A stretch of DNA of 63,938 nt, counting the filler, from an uncultured Methanosarcinales archaeon (GTDB lineage: Archaea > Nanobdellota > Nanobdellia > Woesearchaeales > CAYSVS01): assembly GCA_964434475.1 (NCBI GenBank). It is 3 parts of 3 records of this genome, joined end to end, with 100 filler letters (N's around TTAATTAATTAA, not from the genome) between each part and the next. Parts side by side here need not be neighbours in the genome. Positions count along the whole stretch, not along the records: positions 1 to 26,509 come from CAYSVS010000015.1; 2 more parts are not named here. One strand, given 5' to 3'. Each line of letters opens with the position of its first letter. Positions within the stretch are counted from its first letter, which is position 1. Position numbers and translations under genes: made by a program. The notes under the pieces were generated by a model. The model was not told the DNA's origin. It searched no databases and saw only the letters and a list, made by a program, of their open reading frames with translations. Shown here one piece after another: positions 9,650 through 19,729 of the stretch.

Positions 9650-10138
9650 TTATTCTTCAGCTTCTTCGTCATTATCTCTTCTGATAACCTTAACTGCATC
9701 CATCTTTACAGTAATAGGGATAGGTACAGCACTCTCAAGAAGCTCTACAACAACCTCTTCTTTAGCCTTATCTATCCTGGTAACTTTTGCTTTTTCTCTT
9801 TTGAAAGGACCAGATATCAGTTCTACTATATCATACTTCCTTATGTCCATCTCGACCTTAACCTGTTCAAGCATATGTTCTATCTCTGTATACTGGATCT
9901 CATCTCTCAATATACCTCTTGCATAAGGAATATTGAAAGCCGCCTGTTCAGCATCGCTTTTTGAAGAAGCTTCAAGAAAGATATATCCTCTCATGCCATG
10001 CGGCCTTATTACAGAAAATACTTCTAATTTCTTTTTCTGCGCATTGCTGATCAAAAAATCCATCACTTGGTCTTCCCTGTTTGCCGTAGTTCTCAAAGCA
10101 AACACTTTTGTAGTTATTTTACTTTCTGCTTCTGTCAT
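9650..10138 (-). CDS. spt5: Transcription elongation factor Spt5 (NusG)
   Basis: NGN domain (RGYIFLEA) and KOW motif (VELISGPFKREKAKV). Confidence 0.97.
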   Translation of the reverse strand: MTEAESKITTKVFALRTTANREDQVMDFLISNAQKKKLEVFSVIRPHGMRGYIFLEASSKSDAEQAAFNIPYARGILRDEIQYTEIEHMLEQVKVEMDIRKYDIVELISGPFKREKAKVTRIDKAKEEVVVELLESAVPIPITVKMDAVKVIRRDNDEEAEE

Positions 10139-10147
10139 TTTTTACAC

Positions 10148-10327
10148 CTAAAAAAAAGTCTGATTAAGCATAGATATTATGAAGCCTATCAAACCGATAA
10201 TAGCCATACCTAATGCACTGACTTTAACTATAGTCTTATATTCTGTTTTATCTGGTTTTCTTGTTACTTTAAGCACTCTCTTGCATTCCAAAAAAAACGT
10301 CTTTAATTTTATTAACATCTGTTTCAT
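10148..10327 (-). CDS. secE: Protein translocase subunit SecE/Sec61-gamma (absent from ORF track)
   Basis: Hand translation MKQMLIKLKTFFLECKRVLKVTRKPDKTEYKTIVKVSALGMAIIGLIGFIISMLNQTFF; conserved ftsZ-secE-spt5 order. Confidence 0.95.
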   Translation of the reverse strand: MKQMLIKLKTFFLECKRVLKVTRKPDKTEYKTIVKVSALGMAIIGLIGFIISMLNQTFF

Positions 10328-10329
10328 TT

Positions 10330-11535
10330 TTAATCCACAAACTCAATTCCGAGTTCTGTCTCGATCTCCTTTTTTTGTTCCTTTGACATCTTAGCCCCTT
10401 TACCGCCCAGAATCTGTTCTGATTTCACTCCTGTGACAATGAGCATAGCTCTAATGGTATTCTCTAAGTCTTTATAAATCTGAGCCCCCCAGATTATTCT
10501 TGCATCAGGATCAAGTCTCTGACTTACTGTCTCTACAACCTTCCTCGCTTCATCAAGAGTCATATCCGGACCTCCTATGACATTGATTAAAGCTCCGCTG
10601 GCTCCAGCTATATCAACATCGAGCAAAGGATTATTGACAGCCTTATCAACAGCTTCAGTAGCCTTATTTTCAGTATCAGATTCACCAACACCTATAAGCG
10701 CTACACCGCCGTCTCCCATCACTGCTCTTATATCTGCAAAATCCAGATTAACCAGTCCTGCTTTCGTGACCAGTTCTGCTATGCCTTTTACAGCATTTGT
10801 AAGTATTTCATCCGCTACCTTAAACGATGTGTGCAAAGGCAGATCAGGAGCAAGTTCAAGAAGTTTATCATTAGGTATTACAATTAAAGTATCAACAACC
10901 CTTTCAAGCTTCTCAAGACCGAAAACAGCATTTTCAGACCTTCTATTTCCTTCCATTATAAAAGGCATAGTTACTATTCCAACTGTCAAAGCACCTAATT
11001 TTTTTGATATTTCCGCAACTACAGGAGCAGCTCCAGTTCCTGTTCCTCCTCCTAGACCACAAGTGATGAAAATCATATCTGAACCCTGCAAAGCTTTCTT
11101 AAGCTCGGTTTCAGACTCTCTCGCAGATTCCTCTCCTTTTTTAGGTATGGATCCTGCGCCCATTCCTCTTGTGGTTTCTCTTCCTATGAGTATTTTTTTA
11201 TCAGCAGTGGTATACAACAGATCCTGAGCATCTGTATTTAGAGCGATAGTCTCAGCACCTTTTATACCTACTTCAGTTATCCTGTTAATAGTATTGTTTC
11301 CTCCGCCACCTGCTCCAACAACTTTTATCTTTGCAGATTGTTGAGAAAGCATAGCTTCCAGTTCAGCATCTATATCATGCTGTTTCAAAGAATCATCAGT
11401 AGAAGGATTAGGCTCTTCTATACTAATATCTTCATAATTCCTTTCAGAAGAAGTATCTTGTTGCACTTCTTCTTTTTCTATTTCATTCTCACTTATTTCT
11501 TGAGCAGTTTTTATGAACGAGTCCAAATTAAACAC
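10330..11535 (-). CDS. ftsZ: Cell division protein FtsZ with acidic N-terminal extension
   Basis: [30 protein letters not shown]. Confidence 0.98.
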   Translation of the reverse strand: MFNLDSFIKTAQEISENEIEKEEVQQDTSSERNYEDISIEEPNPSTDDSLKQHDIDAELEAMLSQQSAKIKVVGAGGGGNNTINRITEVGIKGAETIALNTDAQDLLYTTADKKILIGRETTRGMGAGSIPKKGEESARESETELKKALQGSDMIFITCGLGGGTGTGAAPVVAEISKKLGALTVGIVTMPFIMEGNRRSENAVFGLEKLERVVDTLIVIPNDKLLELAPDLPLHTSFKVADEILTNAVKGIAELVTKAGLVNLDFADIRAVMGDGGVALIGVGESDTENKATEAVDKAVNNPLLDVDIAGASGALINVIGGPDMTLDEARKVVETVSQRLDPDARIIWGAQIYKDLENTIRAMLIVTGVKSEQILGGKGAKMSKEQKKEIETELGIEFVD

Positions 11536-11583
11536 CCCACACCATACATTTTATATTTTTAGTTCATACGCTTCTATATAAAC

Positions 11584-12267
11584 TTAATCATTTTTTTCAG
11601 AAGCTTTGTTCTCTTGAAAATCGACTTCAGATATCTCTGGAACAAGTTCAACAATCTTCTTTGAAAGATTAGTTTTTGCTTCTGAATCTAATCTTACCCC
11701 TTTTTTGAATATAATAGTAACTCTGCCTTTATTCTCTTTTATATCAAATCCATCCGGACTGCAATTTAAGGAAATTATCAACAAATGTTTCACTTTATCA
11801 AGTTTGTCATCTATCATCTTATTTAGCTTATAATCATACACTACTTCCTTGCTTGAAAAAGGATGATTGAAATCAACAATGGTTCTACCGCCAGATACTG
11901 ACTTGATTACTCCAAAAAGCCCATCTATATTAACCTGGAGTCCGGGAAAAGGGTTAATCTTCTGTTTTTTGAATATGTTTGTAGGAACTATTTTTAGCAT
12001 TTTAGGATCTTTTTTTCCAAAAGCTTTTTCAGGCTCCAACTCTACTGTATATTGTTTTCCTGTCTCTTTTCCTTCTATATCTTCATCAAGACCTTTAACA
12101 AGATGACCCTCTCCTATACATATCACAATAGGACCATAATTCATCTTTTCGTTAAATATGTTATTTTTCTTTGCTACATCTTCAGATGTAGTATCAAAAA
12201 TCTGATCTCCTTCCTTAAGTTTCCCAGTATATTCAAGTTCTACAAAATCCTTTTTCTTTATTACCAA
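11584..12267 (-). CDS. FKBP-type peptidyl-prolyl isomerase (archaeal SlyD-like)
   Basis: DFVELEYTGKL, IFDTT, PEKAFG, VDFNHP. Confidence 0.92.
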   Translation of the reverse strand: MVIKKKDFVELEYTGKLKEGDQIFDTTSEDVAKKNNIFNEKMNYGPIVICIGEGHLVKGLDEDIEGKETGKQYTVELEPEKAFGKKDPKMLKIVPTNIFKKQKINPFPGLQVNIDGLFGVIKSVSGGRTIVDFNHPFSSKEVVYDYKLNKMIDDKLDKVKHLLIISLNCSPDGFDIKENKGRVTIIFKKGVRLDSEAKTNLSKKIVELVPEISEVDFQENKASEKND

Positions 12268-12432
12268 TTTTAACCCTCTATAATTAATAAAAATTAAAAC
12301 TAACTAGTTATATTTATATATCTTTTGGTCGGCCAAAGATTTTTGACCCTTGTTGAGTAGTTAAGAACCATAAAATTTAAAAAAGATTTTTACCTAACCA
12401 TTTTATCACTTTTATGTTACAAAGGGGTAATT

Positions 12433-14199
12433 ATGGGATACAGAGAACAATTAAATAGCTTATGCGAATCACCAATCAGCAAAGCGTGTGAAAAAGTTTT
12501 TGATAATAGTAATATTTACAAATCTCCTGCAATACCTATGATGATTGTTGCAACAACCCTTGCTTCTCAAACAAACGCTAAGGCCGAAGACAACAACAAC
12601 AAAAATAAAGAAAGCTATAAAATAATCAGAAGTTATACGAACCAAAAAACGCAGCAGGAAAAACAGGCAGCAACACCAAAAAACAGATTAAGATATTCTA
12701 AACAAAAATATACTCCGAGAATTGTAGATGTTCCACAAGAAGAGATATATGAAAGAGCAAAATACAAGATATCAAAGATAATAGATAACACAATAGAAGA
12801 AAAAATAGAAAATAACGCAGAGATTGTCCAAGAAGGTCTAGGAAAAAACTTAGAACAATTATCCCCTAAAAATATAAAAAACATAGCTGAATCAGCAAAA
12901 AGCACAAACAAGATAATAAAGGGAATCTATAAAAAAGAAGGAAGCATAAAAGTCTATAACAAGACATTAAACATAGAAAATGCGACAGCTGCAATACTTG
13001 GAATTAACAAAGATACAGAATATAATTTAGGAGAGATCATAAGAAAAAACGAACTATATCAAAGATTAGGCATAAGCAATAATTTTCAAAAAAAGGTTTT
13101 TGAGGAGCAAACAAAAACATATCTCAAGATAGCAAATAAAAAAACACCAAGATGCGAACTGGATTTCGTTGACGTGAAAGGCAGCCTAAAAAGTGCTGCT
13201 TTTTTAGGTTACAGAGAAGGCGGAAAGTTCGGAGGAAAAGACAAGAGAGGAAAATTCGCAGCATACAGGTTTTATTTTGACGAAAATATATCTGTTACAT
13301 TCAAGCATTATATAAAAGACGGCTATGTTAGCCCTGTATTAAAAGGAGAAAATTCAGGTTTCAGGCCAAGAAACATATATTTCAGGAACATCAAATCATA
13401 CATGCCTAAAAAAACAATAGACATTCTTAATGCATTCAAACACGACCAAGACAAGATAGCAAAAGCTGTAAGTTTGGCTTTAAAGATGGGACAAATCAAA
13501 GAAAAATACAGCATGAACAACATCAACTTTACTAATCTGTTCAAGCAAGGCAAGATAAAAATAGAGGGTCAAAAAGATAATCCTTCGAATCCTTTTGAAA
13601 AAGCCATATTCGGATTAAAGCACATATTCGGAAGCAGACAGACAAAAGAGATGATGAACCTTTCAAAAAGAGATTACAGCGACAGAATCAACCAAAACAT
13701 GTTTCTCACAAAAGAAATAGCTCAGAAGATCAACAAAGAACCATCATTATCTGATCAAGAATTAGCCTATCTTGATGTAAACCATAATCCCGTAACAAGT
13801 CTTGTCGAAAACATTAAAAAAACTGAATGGATATTAAAAGATACTTTCAAAAAACAAGATAATTCTAATACCAAAATAGAGAAAGTCAATAAAAATATGC
13901 AGATAATCATACCATCAGAACAAACCCATAAACTCGTGGATATAATTGATTTCAAAAATTACAAATCATTAAAATCTGAATTGCTTACACACTATCCTTA
14001 TGATATAGGAAAAATGACAATCACAAAAAAATCATCAAAAGATATTATCGCAGGTGTTGACGAAAAAAGCCCATACTTAATAATTCCGCAAAAAAAATAT
14101 AAATCTCCGTTCAGGATAAGGAACCCTAGTGACCAAGAGCAATTTATAGCAGACATAAAAAAGATAAAAAGATTAGTAGAAAACAATAAATCTACATAA
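12433..14199 (+). CDS. Hypothetical protein (588 aa, Lys-rich)
   Basis: Long ORF with G-rich leader (AAAGGGGT); no recognised motif. Confidence 0.8.
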   Translation: MGYREQLNSLCESPISKACEKVFDNSNIYKSPAIPMMIVATTLASQTNAKAEDNNNKNKESYKIIRSYTNQKTQQEKQAATPKNRLRYSKQKYTPRIVDVPQEEIYERAKYKISKIIDNTIEEKIENNAEIVQEGLGKNLEQLSPKNIKNIAESAKSTNKIIKGIYKKEGSIKVYNKTLNIENATAAILGINKDTEYNLGEIIRKNELYQRLGISNNFQKKVFEEQTKTYLKIANKKTPRCELDFVDVKGSLKSAAFLGYREGGKFGGKDKRGKFAAYRFYFDENISVTFKHYIKDGYVSPVLKGENSGFRPRNIYFRNIKSYMPKKTIDILNAFKHDQDKIAKAVSLALKMGQIKEKYSMNNINFTNLFKQGKIKIEGQKDNPSNPFEKAIFGLKHIFGSRQTKEMMNLSKRDYSDRINQNMFLTKEIAQKINKEPSLSDQELAYLDVNHNPVTSLVENIKKTEWILKDTFKKQDNSNTKIEKVNKNMQIIIPSEQTHKLVDIIDFKNYKSLKSELLTHYPYDIGKMTITKKSSKDIIAGVDEKSPYLIIPQKKYKSPFRIRNPSDQEQFIADIKKIKRLVENNKST

Positions 14200-14202
14200 A
14201 TC

Positions 14203-14757
14203 TCAGGATTTTTTAATATAATCTAAAATCTTATCTACTATCGCTTCTGGAAGCATATTCTCTGTATCTATGACAATATCATAATGTTTAGGATCTGTAT
14301 AATCAAAACCATAATATCTTTTCCATCTTTCTATGTTTACCCTGTCCCTTTCTATCATGTTCTTCTTTGTTTCATCAAAATCATCGAGTTTCTCAGAATC
14401 CATCCTTTGCTTGTTGCTCTTGTCATTGAATATCCTTTTCGCTCTTGTCTCTTCACTCGCATCAAGAAATACTTTTATCGCATGAGGTATAAACTTAGCA
14501 CCCAGCCAAGTATCCATAACAAAATCATCATGCTGATTGCCAAATTCCTCCTGCCTTTTGTCGACAAGAATATCTAATCCAGGATCCTTTGCTTCAAGCT
14601 CGCCTAATTCTGCGATGGTCAATCCTCTTTCTTTTGCCAGCTGCCTTTGAAAATCTCCAGAAGAATATCTTTTGAAATCAAGTTTTACAGCAAGCATCTT
14701 GGCTATCGTACTCTTTCCGCTTCCTGGCTTGCCTGAAATTATGACTATCATAATCAT
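14203..14757 (-). CDS. cmk: Cytidylate kinase (archaeal type)
   Basis: P-loop ISGKPGSGKST; RWKRYYGFD...YDIVIDT. Confidence 0.9.
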   Translation of the reverse strand: MIMIVIISGKPGSGKSTIAKMLAVKLDFKRYSSGDFQRQLAKERGLTIAELGELEAKDPGLDILVDKRQEEFGNQHDDFVMDTWLGAKFIPHAIKVFLDASEETRAKRIFNDKSNKQRMDSEKLDDFDETKKNMIERDRVNIERWKRYYGFDYTDPKHYDIVIDTENMLPEAIVDKILDYIKKS

Positions 14758-14996
14758 AGGATAAAATAATAATTGTTATTTAAGGGTTTTGATTTTTGAT
14801 AATCAAGCCTTTTCTAGAACATTAAGTTCAATATTTCCTGTAGAATATTTTTTGCAGATATGAACAATCCAGACATAATTTGCTGTTGAATAATTTTCTA
14901 CATGATGCAAAACAAACTCTATCACTTTACTATCATATTACCTTGTAATATCTTCAATTATTTCAGGTTCTGGTCTGGAATCATTGGAGTCTGCTT

Positions 14997-15061
14997 CAAA
15001 GAACAAAAACAAAGAACAAAAACAAAGAATAGAAACAAAGAATAGAAATAAAGTTCAAAAC
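14997..15061. repeat. 13-bp tandem repeat x~5 (CAAAGAACAAAAA / CAAAGAATAGAAA)
   Basis: Units read directly upstream of map. Confidence 0.85.
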
Positions 15062-15119
15062 CAGAGAACATTTTATATCAGATAAATTTATAAATTTCAG
15101 GTTAAACCGATATAACAAT

Positions 15120-16037
15120 ATGATAGATAAAGGTTATGTTGAAGAAGAGTTTGATCTTGAAGCTTTGAAAAAAGCAGGAGAGATAACCGCGAAAGCAAGA
15201 GAATACGGCAAGACACTGATAGTAAAAGGCGCTAAACTTCTTGAAGTTACAGAAAAGATTGAAAAAAAGATATTCGAACTTGGAGGAAAATTAGCATTTC
15301 CTGTAAATATTTCTCTAGATGATACTGCTGCACACTATACTGCAAAGATTGATGATAACACTGTTTTTCAAGATGAAGTTATAAAACTGGACATAGGCGC
15401 ACACATAGACGGTTGGATAGGAGACAGCGCCTGCACTATAGACTTAAGCGGCAGACACCAAAAGCTTGTCGAAGCAAGTGAAAAAGCTTTGGAAAATGCC
15501 ATAAACATAATCAAGCCAGGCGTAACATTAGGAGATATAGGGAAAACAGTAGAGGAAACTATAACAAGTTATGGTTTTCAACCCGTCAGAAATCTTTCTG
15601 GACATCAAATAGGAAATTATGTACTTCATACTGGAACAACCATCCCTAATTTTGATACAAAAGATGATACAAAGATAGAACCAGGCATGATATTTGCAAT
15701 AGAACCGTTTGCAACTACAGGCGTTGGAATGATAGAGGAAAAAGGTAATGCAGAGATTTTCAGCATAGAAGAATTTAAACCGACAAGACTGCAGCTTGTC
15801 AGAAAAATAATGAGACATGTTGAAAACGAATATGATGAACTGCCTTTTTCATTAAGGATGCTTGCAAACAAGTTTAATGAAAATCAGGTCAAGCTTGCTT
15901 TAAGAATGCTTGATAAGAACGAAACCCTAAAAAAATACAAGCCATTGATAGAGCAATCACAAGGGTTAGTAAGTCAGACAGAACATACGATATATGTAGA
16001 TCACAACTGGAAAGTACATGTTTTAACAAAAGCATAA
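15120..16037 (+). CDS. map: Methionine aminopeptidase type II
   Basis: AAHYT, KLDIGAHIDGWIGDSA, NLSGH, AIEPF, QTEHT metal ligands. Confidence 0.97.
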   Translation: MIDKGYVEEEFDLEALKKAGEITAKAREYGKTLIVKGAKLLEVTEKIEKKIFELGGKLAFPVNISLDDTAAHYTAKIDDNTVFQDEVIKLDIGAHIDGWIGDSACTIDLSGRHQKLVEASEKALENAINIIKPGVTLGDIGKTVEETITSYGFQPVRNLSGHQIGNYVLHTGTTIPNFDTKDDTKIEPGMIFAIEPFATTGVGMIEEKGNAEIFSIEEFKPTRLQLVRKIMRHVENEYDELPFSLRMLANKFNENQVKLALRMLDKNETLKKYKPLIEQSQGLVSQTEHTIYVDHNWKVHVLTKA

Positions 16038-16041
16038 GAAT

Positions 16042-16142
16042 TATCAACAGTTCATGACCACGAATCAATACACGAAAAAATCTTAGATTTTTTGTATTCT
16101 AAAAACCCATGATTTTTATGAGACCAGCGGTATTAAAAGTAT
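16042..16142. repeat. Dispersed hairpin repeat family R1 copy 2
   Basis: Homologous to 8984-9087; contains AAAAAATC-TTA-GATTTTTT hairpin; lies between convergent map and hisS. Confidence 0.85.
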
Positions 16143-16150
16143 TAAAATTT

Positions 16151-17413
16151 TCACATATCTTTTAATTTCATAGTTTGTTCTTTTCCTGTTTTCATATCTT
16201 TTACCTTAATTGAATCGGTTTTTATCTCATCTTCTCCTATTACTATAACATTCTTTGCTTTTATCTTATCTGCATACTTAAACTGCTTGCCCAGACTTCT
16301 TTTCATCAGCTCGACTTCAACATTATATTTTTCCCTTAACTTCGAAGCAACTTCCATAGAATATCCATAACAATCTTCGTTAAGCACTGCAATAAAATAA
16401 TCAACATCTTTTTCAAATTCAGGAAGCTTGTTTTTTTCTCTCAGGAAAAGTTCAAGCACAACATCCCCCATACCGTATCCAACACCAGACAGTTTTTCTC
16501 CTCCAAAATCTTCTACAAGATTATCATACCTTCCGCCGCCTGCAATAGCCCTATATTTTTTGCTCCTGTCATAAACTTCGAACACAGTCGAAGTATAATA
16601 ATCAAAACCCCTCATTATCGAAGGATCAAACTCCACATATTTCTCTATACCATAATATTTGACATATCTTATGAGCTCTTTCAAAAATTTCAATCCTTCT
16701 TTTCCATCAGAGTTTAGATCATCTTCATCTATAGAATCCAAATCTTTATTTTTCAATATTTTTATCAGTTCATCGATAACTTTTTCCTTAAGCCCATAAT
16801 CCATCAAAGACAATGCAAATTTCTGCTCCCCTATCTTGTCTAGTTTATCTATCAACCTAGACACATCTTTTAGCTGCGTTCTTTTTACGCCTGTTGAAAT
16901 TATTAAGCTTTCTATAAGTTTTCTGTTTCCTAATCTTATGTAAAAATCATTTTCAGTTAACCCGAATTCTTTCATCAAATAAACAGAAGTCGCTATAACC
17001 TCTGCATCAAGCTTCATAGAATCTGAACCTAAACAATCAACATTCAACTGAAAAAATTCCCTTAACCTGCCTTTTTGAGGCTGTTCATATCTCCAACATC
17101 TTGCTATGCTAAACCATTTAATGGGTTTCGATAATGATCTTTGTTTTGCAGTAATCATCCTTGCTATAGTCGGAGTTAGTTCCGGCCTAATTGCTAACTT
17201 CCTGCCTGATTTATCTTGTAAAACATACATCTGTTCTGGTATCTCTTCACCAGATTTTAACTGCCACAATCTAGCAGGCTCAAGCATAGGTCCATCTATA
17301 TCAACATAGCCGAATCTTTTTGATGCTTTATTCCATACATCGAAGATATAATCCTGAATAAATTTCTCTTCAGGATACCAATCCCTTGTTCCTTTAACTG
17401 GTTCAATTTTCAT
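16151..17413 (-). CDS. hisS: Histidine--tRNA ligase
   Basis: VKGTRD, RPELT, RYEQPQKGRLREFFQ, RGFDYYT, GGGRYD. Start placed at MKIEPV. Confidence 0.97.
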   Translation of the reverse strand: MKIEPVKGTRDWYPEEKFIQDYIFDVWNKASKRFGYVDIDGPMLEPARLWQLKSGEEIPEQMYVLQDKSGRKLAIRPELTPTIARMITAKQRSLSKPIKWFSIARCWRYEQPQKGRLREFFQLNVDCLGSDSMKLDAEVIATSVYLMKEFGLTENDFYIRLGNRKLIESLIISTGVKRTQLKDVSRLIDKLDKIGEQKFALSLMDYGLKEKVIDELIKILKNKDLDSIDEDDLNSDGKEGLKFLKELIRYVKYYGIEKYVEFDPSIMRGFDYYTSTVFEVYDRSKKYRAIAGGGRYDNLVEDFGGEKLSGVGYGMGDVVLELFLREKNKLPEFEKDVDYFIAVLNEDCYGYSMEVASKLREKYNVEVELMKRSLGKQFKYADKIKAKNVIVIGEDEIKTDSIKVKDMKTGKEQTMKLKDM

Positions 17414-17635
17414 GATGTTAAGACATTTTTTTAAGCATTTAAATAGTTTTTGTTTAGCATAAAGAATACCAGTATACAAATTACTTCTTTTAATTTTATT
17501 ATATATATGCTATATACCAAAGATATATATATTCGAAAAACCATAATATTATTAGAAAAGCTAGAATTATTTAGCTAACAGAAACTACATTCTTAACTTA
17601 TCAAAATCATTCAAAGGGGTAGGGGGTAAAAAGCT

Positions 17636-17899
17636 ATGAAAGACTTAGATAAGCTTACGAAAATTCAGATAGCTGAGGCTATCGCGAATATTAAAACTGC
17701 AAAAAACTTAGATAAAGTTCTAACTAAAGATGAGAATGAACTAGAAAAATTTATCAGAGCACTTAACCCCGCAGGAACTAATATGGAATGGAAAGATTTC
17801 GTTGAAAGTTTAGATATATATGATCCTGAATATGATCGTATTATGAGAAACAAGACAAACGGTCATAGAGGTTTTTCTTCTTTGCATGGCTGTGGATAG
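17636..17899 (+). CDS. Hypothetical protein (87 aa)
   Basis: G-rich RBS-like leader and protein-like composition; no motif. Confidence 0.55.
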   Translation: MKDLDKLTKIQIAEAIANIKTAKNLDKVLTKDENELEKFIRALNPAGTNMEWKDFVESLDIYDPEYDRIMRNKTNGHRGFSSLHGCG

Positions 17900-18296
17900 A
17901 AGTCTGAAATTAAATATTATTCTTAATACCAAAGTATCATATCCCTACATAAGCTTGTTTTCTGATATCTTACCTAATCTCACCAAAAATTCAAGAAAAT
18001 TTTTTACTTTTTTATATGCTTCTTGGAACTTAAATAATATATGCCCAGGTCCTGCTTTTCTATTAAATGTTATTGAAAGATTAGAAAATCCGACAAATGC
18101 AGCATTCTTTGTATCTTGTTTTATGGGAAATTTAGACAATCTTGATTTTGACTATATCAATAAAACATTTGTCGAAAAAAGCTTTGATTTACAAAAAACC
18201 AGATAAATTTTATTTAGTTTGATTATTATTAATTCTGATGAAGATGTTACAGTTGTACCAGGAACTATAATCCCGAATGATAAGATAAGAAAATAA

Positions 18297-18896
18297 CTAC
18301 TTATTTCTCCCTCTACTCTCTACTTTCTTCAACCTATTGATTATCTCCTTAGCTTCTTCCTTAAGCTCTTTCTTGTATTCTTCAATAATTAGTTCAAAAA
18401 CCTCTTCAGATATCTCGTGATGCTTACTTTCCAATGCTCTCTTAAGAAGATGCAGATCAACAGCCTTATCCTCATGTTTTGTCGAAAAGAAGCTCAATCC
18501 AAAATCTATAAGCTTAAGCTCTTCCTCAGCTATCATATTGCTTGTTGTCAAGTCACCATGAATAATATCATGCTTATGCATCTTAGCTATCTTCTTGCCT
18601 ATCTCTTCTGCCCATTTCTTATGATTCTTATGAAGCACATCCCTTAACTTATCTCCAGAAAGATACTGCATATCAATTTTCATTTCCTTATCACAGGATG
18701 TGATCAACTTAGGACCAACCCCTAAATCATGTAATCTTTCCAAAACTTTTGCTTCTCTTCTAGTCCTTCTTTTCCTCAAGTTTTTGTCAATAACTTCATG
18801 CCTATAGCTCTTCTTTAATCTATGTTTAACCACTTTATCTTTACTCTTATAAATTACAGCTTCTGCTCCTGAACCTATTATTTCTGACATGATCAA
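18297..18896 (-). CDS. bud32: KEOPS kinase Bud32
   Basis: GSGAEA, RTRREAK, HGDLTTSN, IDFGL, DKAVDLHLL. Confidence 0.95.
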   Translation of the reverse strand: MIMSEIIGSGAEAVIYKSKDKVVKHRLKKSYRHEVIDKNLRKRRTRREAKVLERLHDLGVGPKLITSCDKEMKIDMQYLSGDKLRDVLHKNHKKWAEEIGKKIAKMHKHDIIHGDLTTSNMIAEEELKLIDFGLSFFSTKHEDKAVDLHLLKRALESKHHEISEEVFELIIEEYKKELKEEAKEIINRLKKVESRGRNK

Positions 18897-18922
18897 TAAA
18901 AAAAAGAAGAAGTTTAAAAGCC

Positions 18923-19495
18923 TTATGCAGCTTTCTTATATTTTTTTGGTTTGAGATATAGATCATGAAGCTTTTTTTCATGAAGTATGTTAAAGTGAGG
19001 CTTAAACTCTCTCATTACCCTTTCTTTATCTGTTCCTAATTTATCAGCCACATCACCATGAAGTTCATGCGCAATAGGATGAATATTTTCACCATAAAAA
19101 CCAGTCTTTATTTCATCAACATGCCTGTCTTTCTCAGATCTATGATAATAATCCATAACCTGATAATTTCCAGTCTTGATCTGATGTAAGAAGTTATCTA
19201 TAGTCATTCCGTGCCTTTCTGCTAATGTTAGCATTTTTCCTAAAGCTCTTAATTTATCTTCTTCAGTAACCTTGCCTTTGCCGACTCCTCCTGCTTTTAC
19301 ATCTGCGTCATATTGTGCAACAGTATTAGAAAGATAATCCTTTACTTCATTATCACTAGAATCCAAAGAAGGAATTCCTTTCGCTTTAGCAGAATGGTAT
19401 GTGTCTGAATGCAATTTCTCTATTTTTTGTATCCTATCAAGAGACTTATCTATAAGAGAATCAATATTTACTTTTTTTTCTTTCTTGTTAGCCAT
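18923..19495 (-). CDS. Hypothetical protein (190 aa)
   Basis: AGGTGA RBS and upstream TATA-like box; no motif. Confidence 0.75.
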   Translation of the reverse strand: MANKKEKKVNIDSLIDKSLDRIQKIEKLHSDTYHSAKAKGIPSLDSSDNEVKDYLSNTVAQYDADVKAGGVGKGKVTEEDKLRALGKMLTLAERHGMTIDNFLHQIKTGNYQVMDYYHRSEKDRHVDEIKTGFYGENIHPIAHELHGDVADKLGTDKERVMREFKPHFNILHEKKLHDLYLKPKKYKKAA

Positions 19496-19587
19496 CTAAA
19501 ATCACCTTTTGAATATGATAACTAATAACTTGACAGAGATTAATATAAACTTTTCGGTAATAGAATCTGTATAAAAAGTAGTGACTT

Positions 19588-19637
19588 TTACCAGCGAACA
19601 TATATTCTAATTACCAGCAAACATATATTCTAATTAC
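19588..19637. repeat. 23-bp direct tandem repeat x2.2 (TTACCAGCRAACATATATTCTAA)
   Basis: Two copies with one mismatch and no spacer. Confidence 0.85.
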
Positions 19638-19729
19638 TAAGCAACACTTTTCAGCCCAGAATACTAGCGAAGCTTATGTTCATAATCTATAGTGACAAGA
19701 AGGTTTCTACAAAGCAGGCAATAGAATAA

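Noticed and set aside
10577..11227. 216-aa plus-strand ORF and similar antisense ORFs (e.g. 5247-5708, 41888-42682, 58730-59725)
   Set aside because: Shadow frames opposite well-supported genes.
14997..15061. 13-bp repeats as CRISPR or iterons
   Set aside because: Simple A-rich tandem array with no spacers and no adjacent Rep gene.
18923..18940. C-terminal YKKAA as an ssrA-like degron
   Set aside because: Single instance, with no tmRNA or ClpXP evidence in the window.
19588..19637. 23-bp repeat as a mini-CRISPR
   Set aside because: Copies are adjacent with no spacers, and no cas genes are present.
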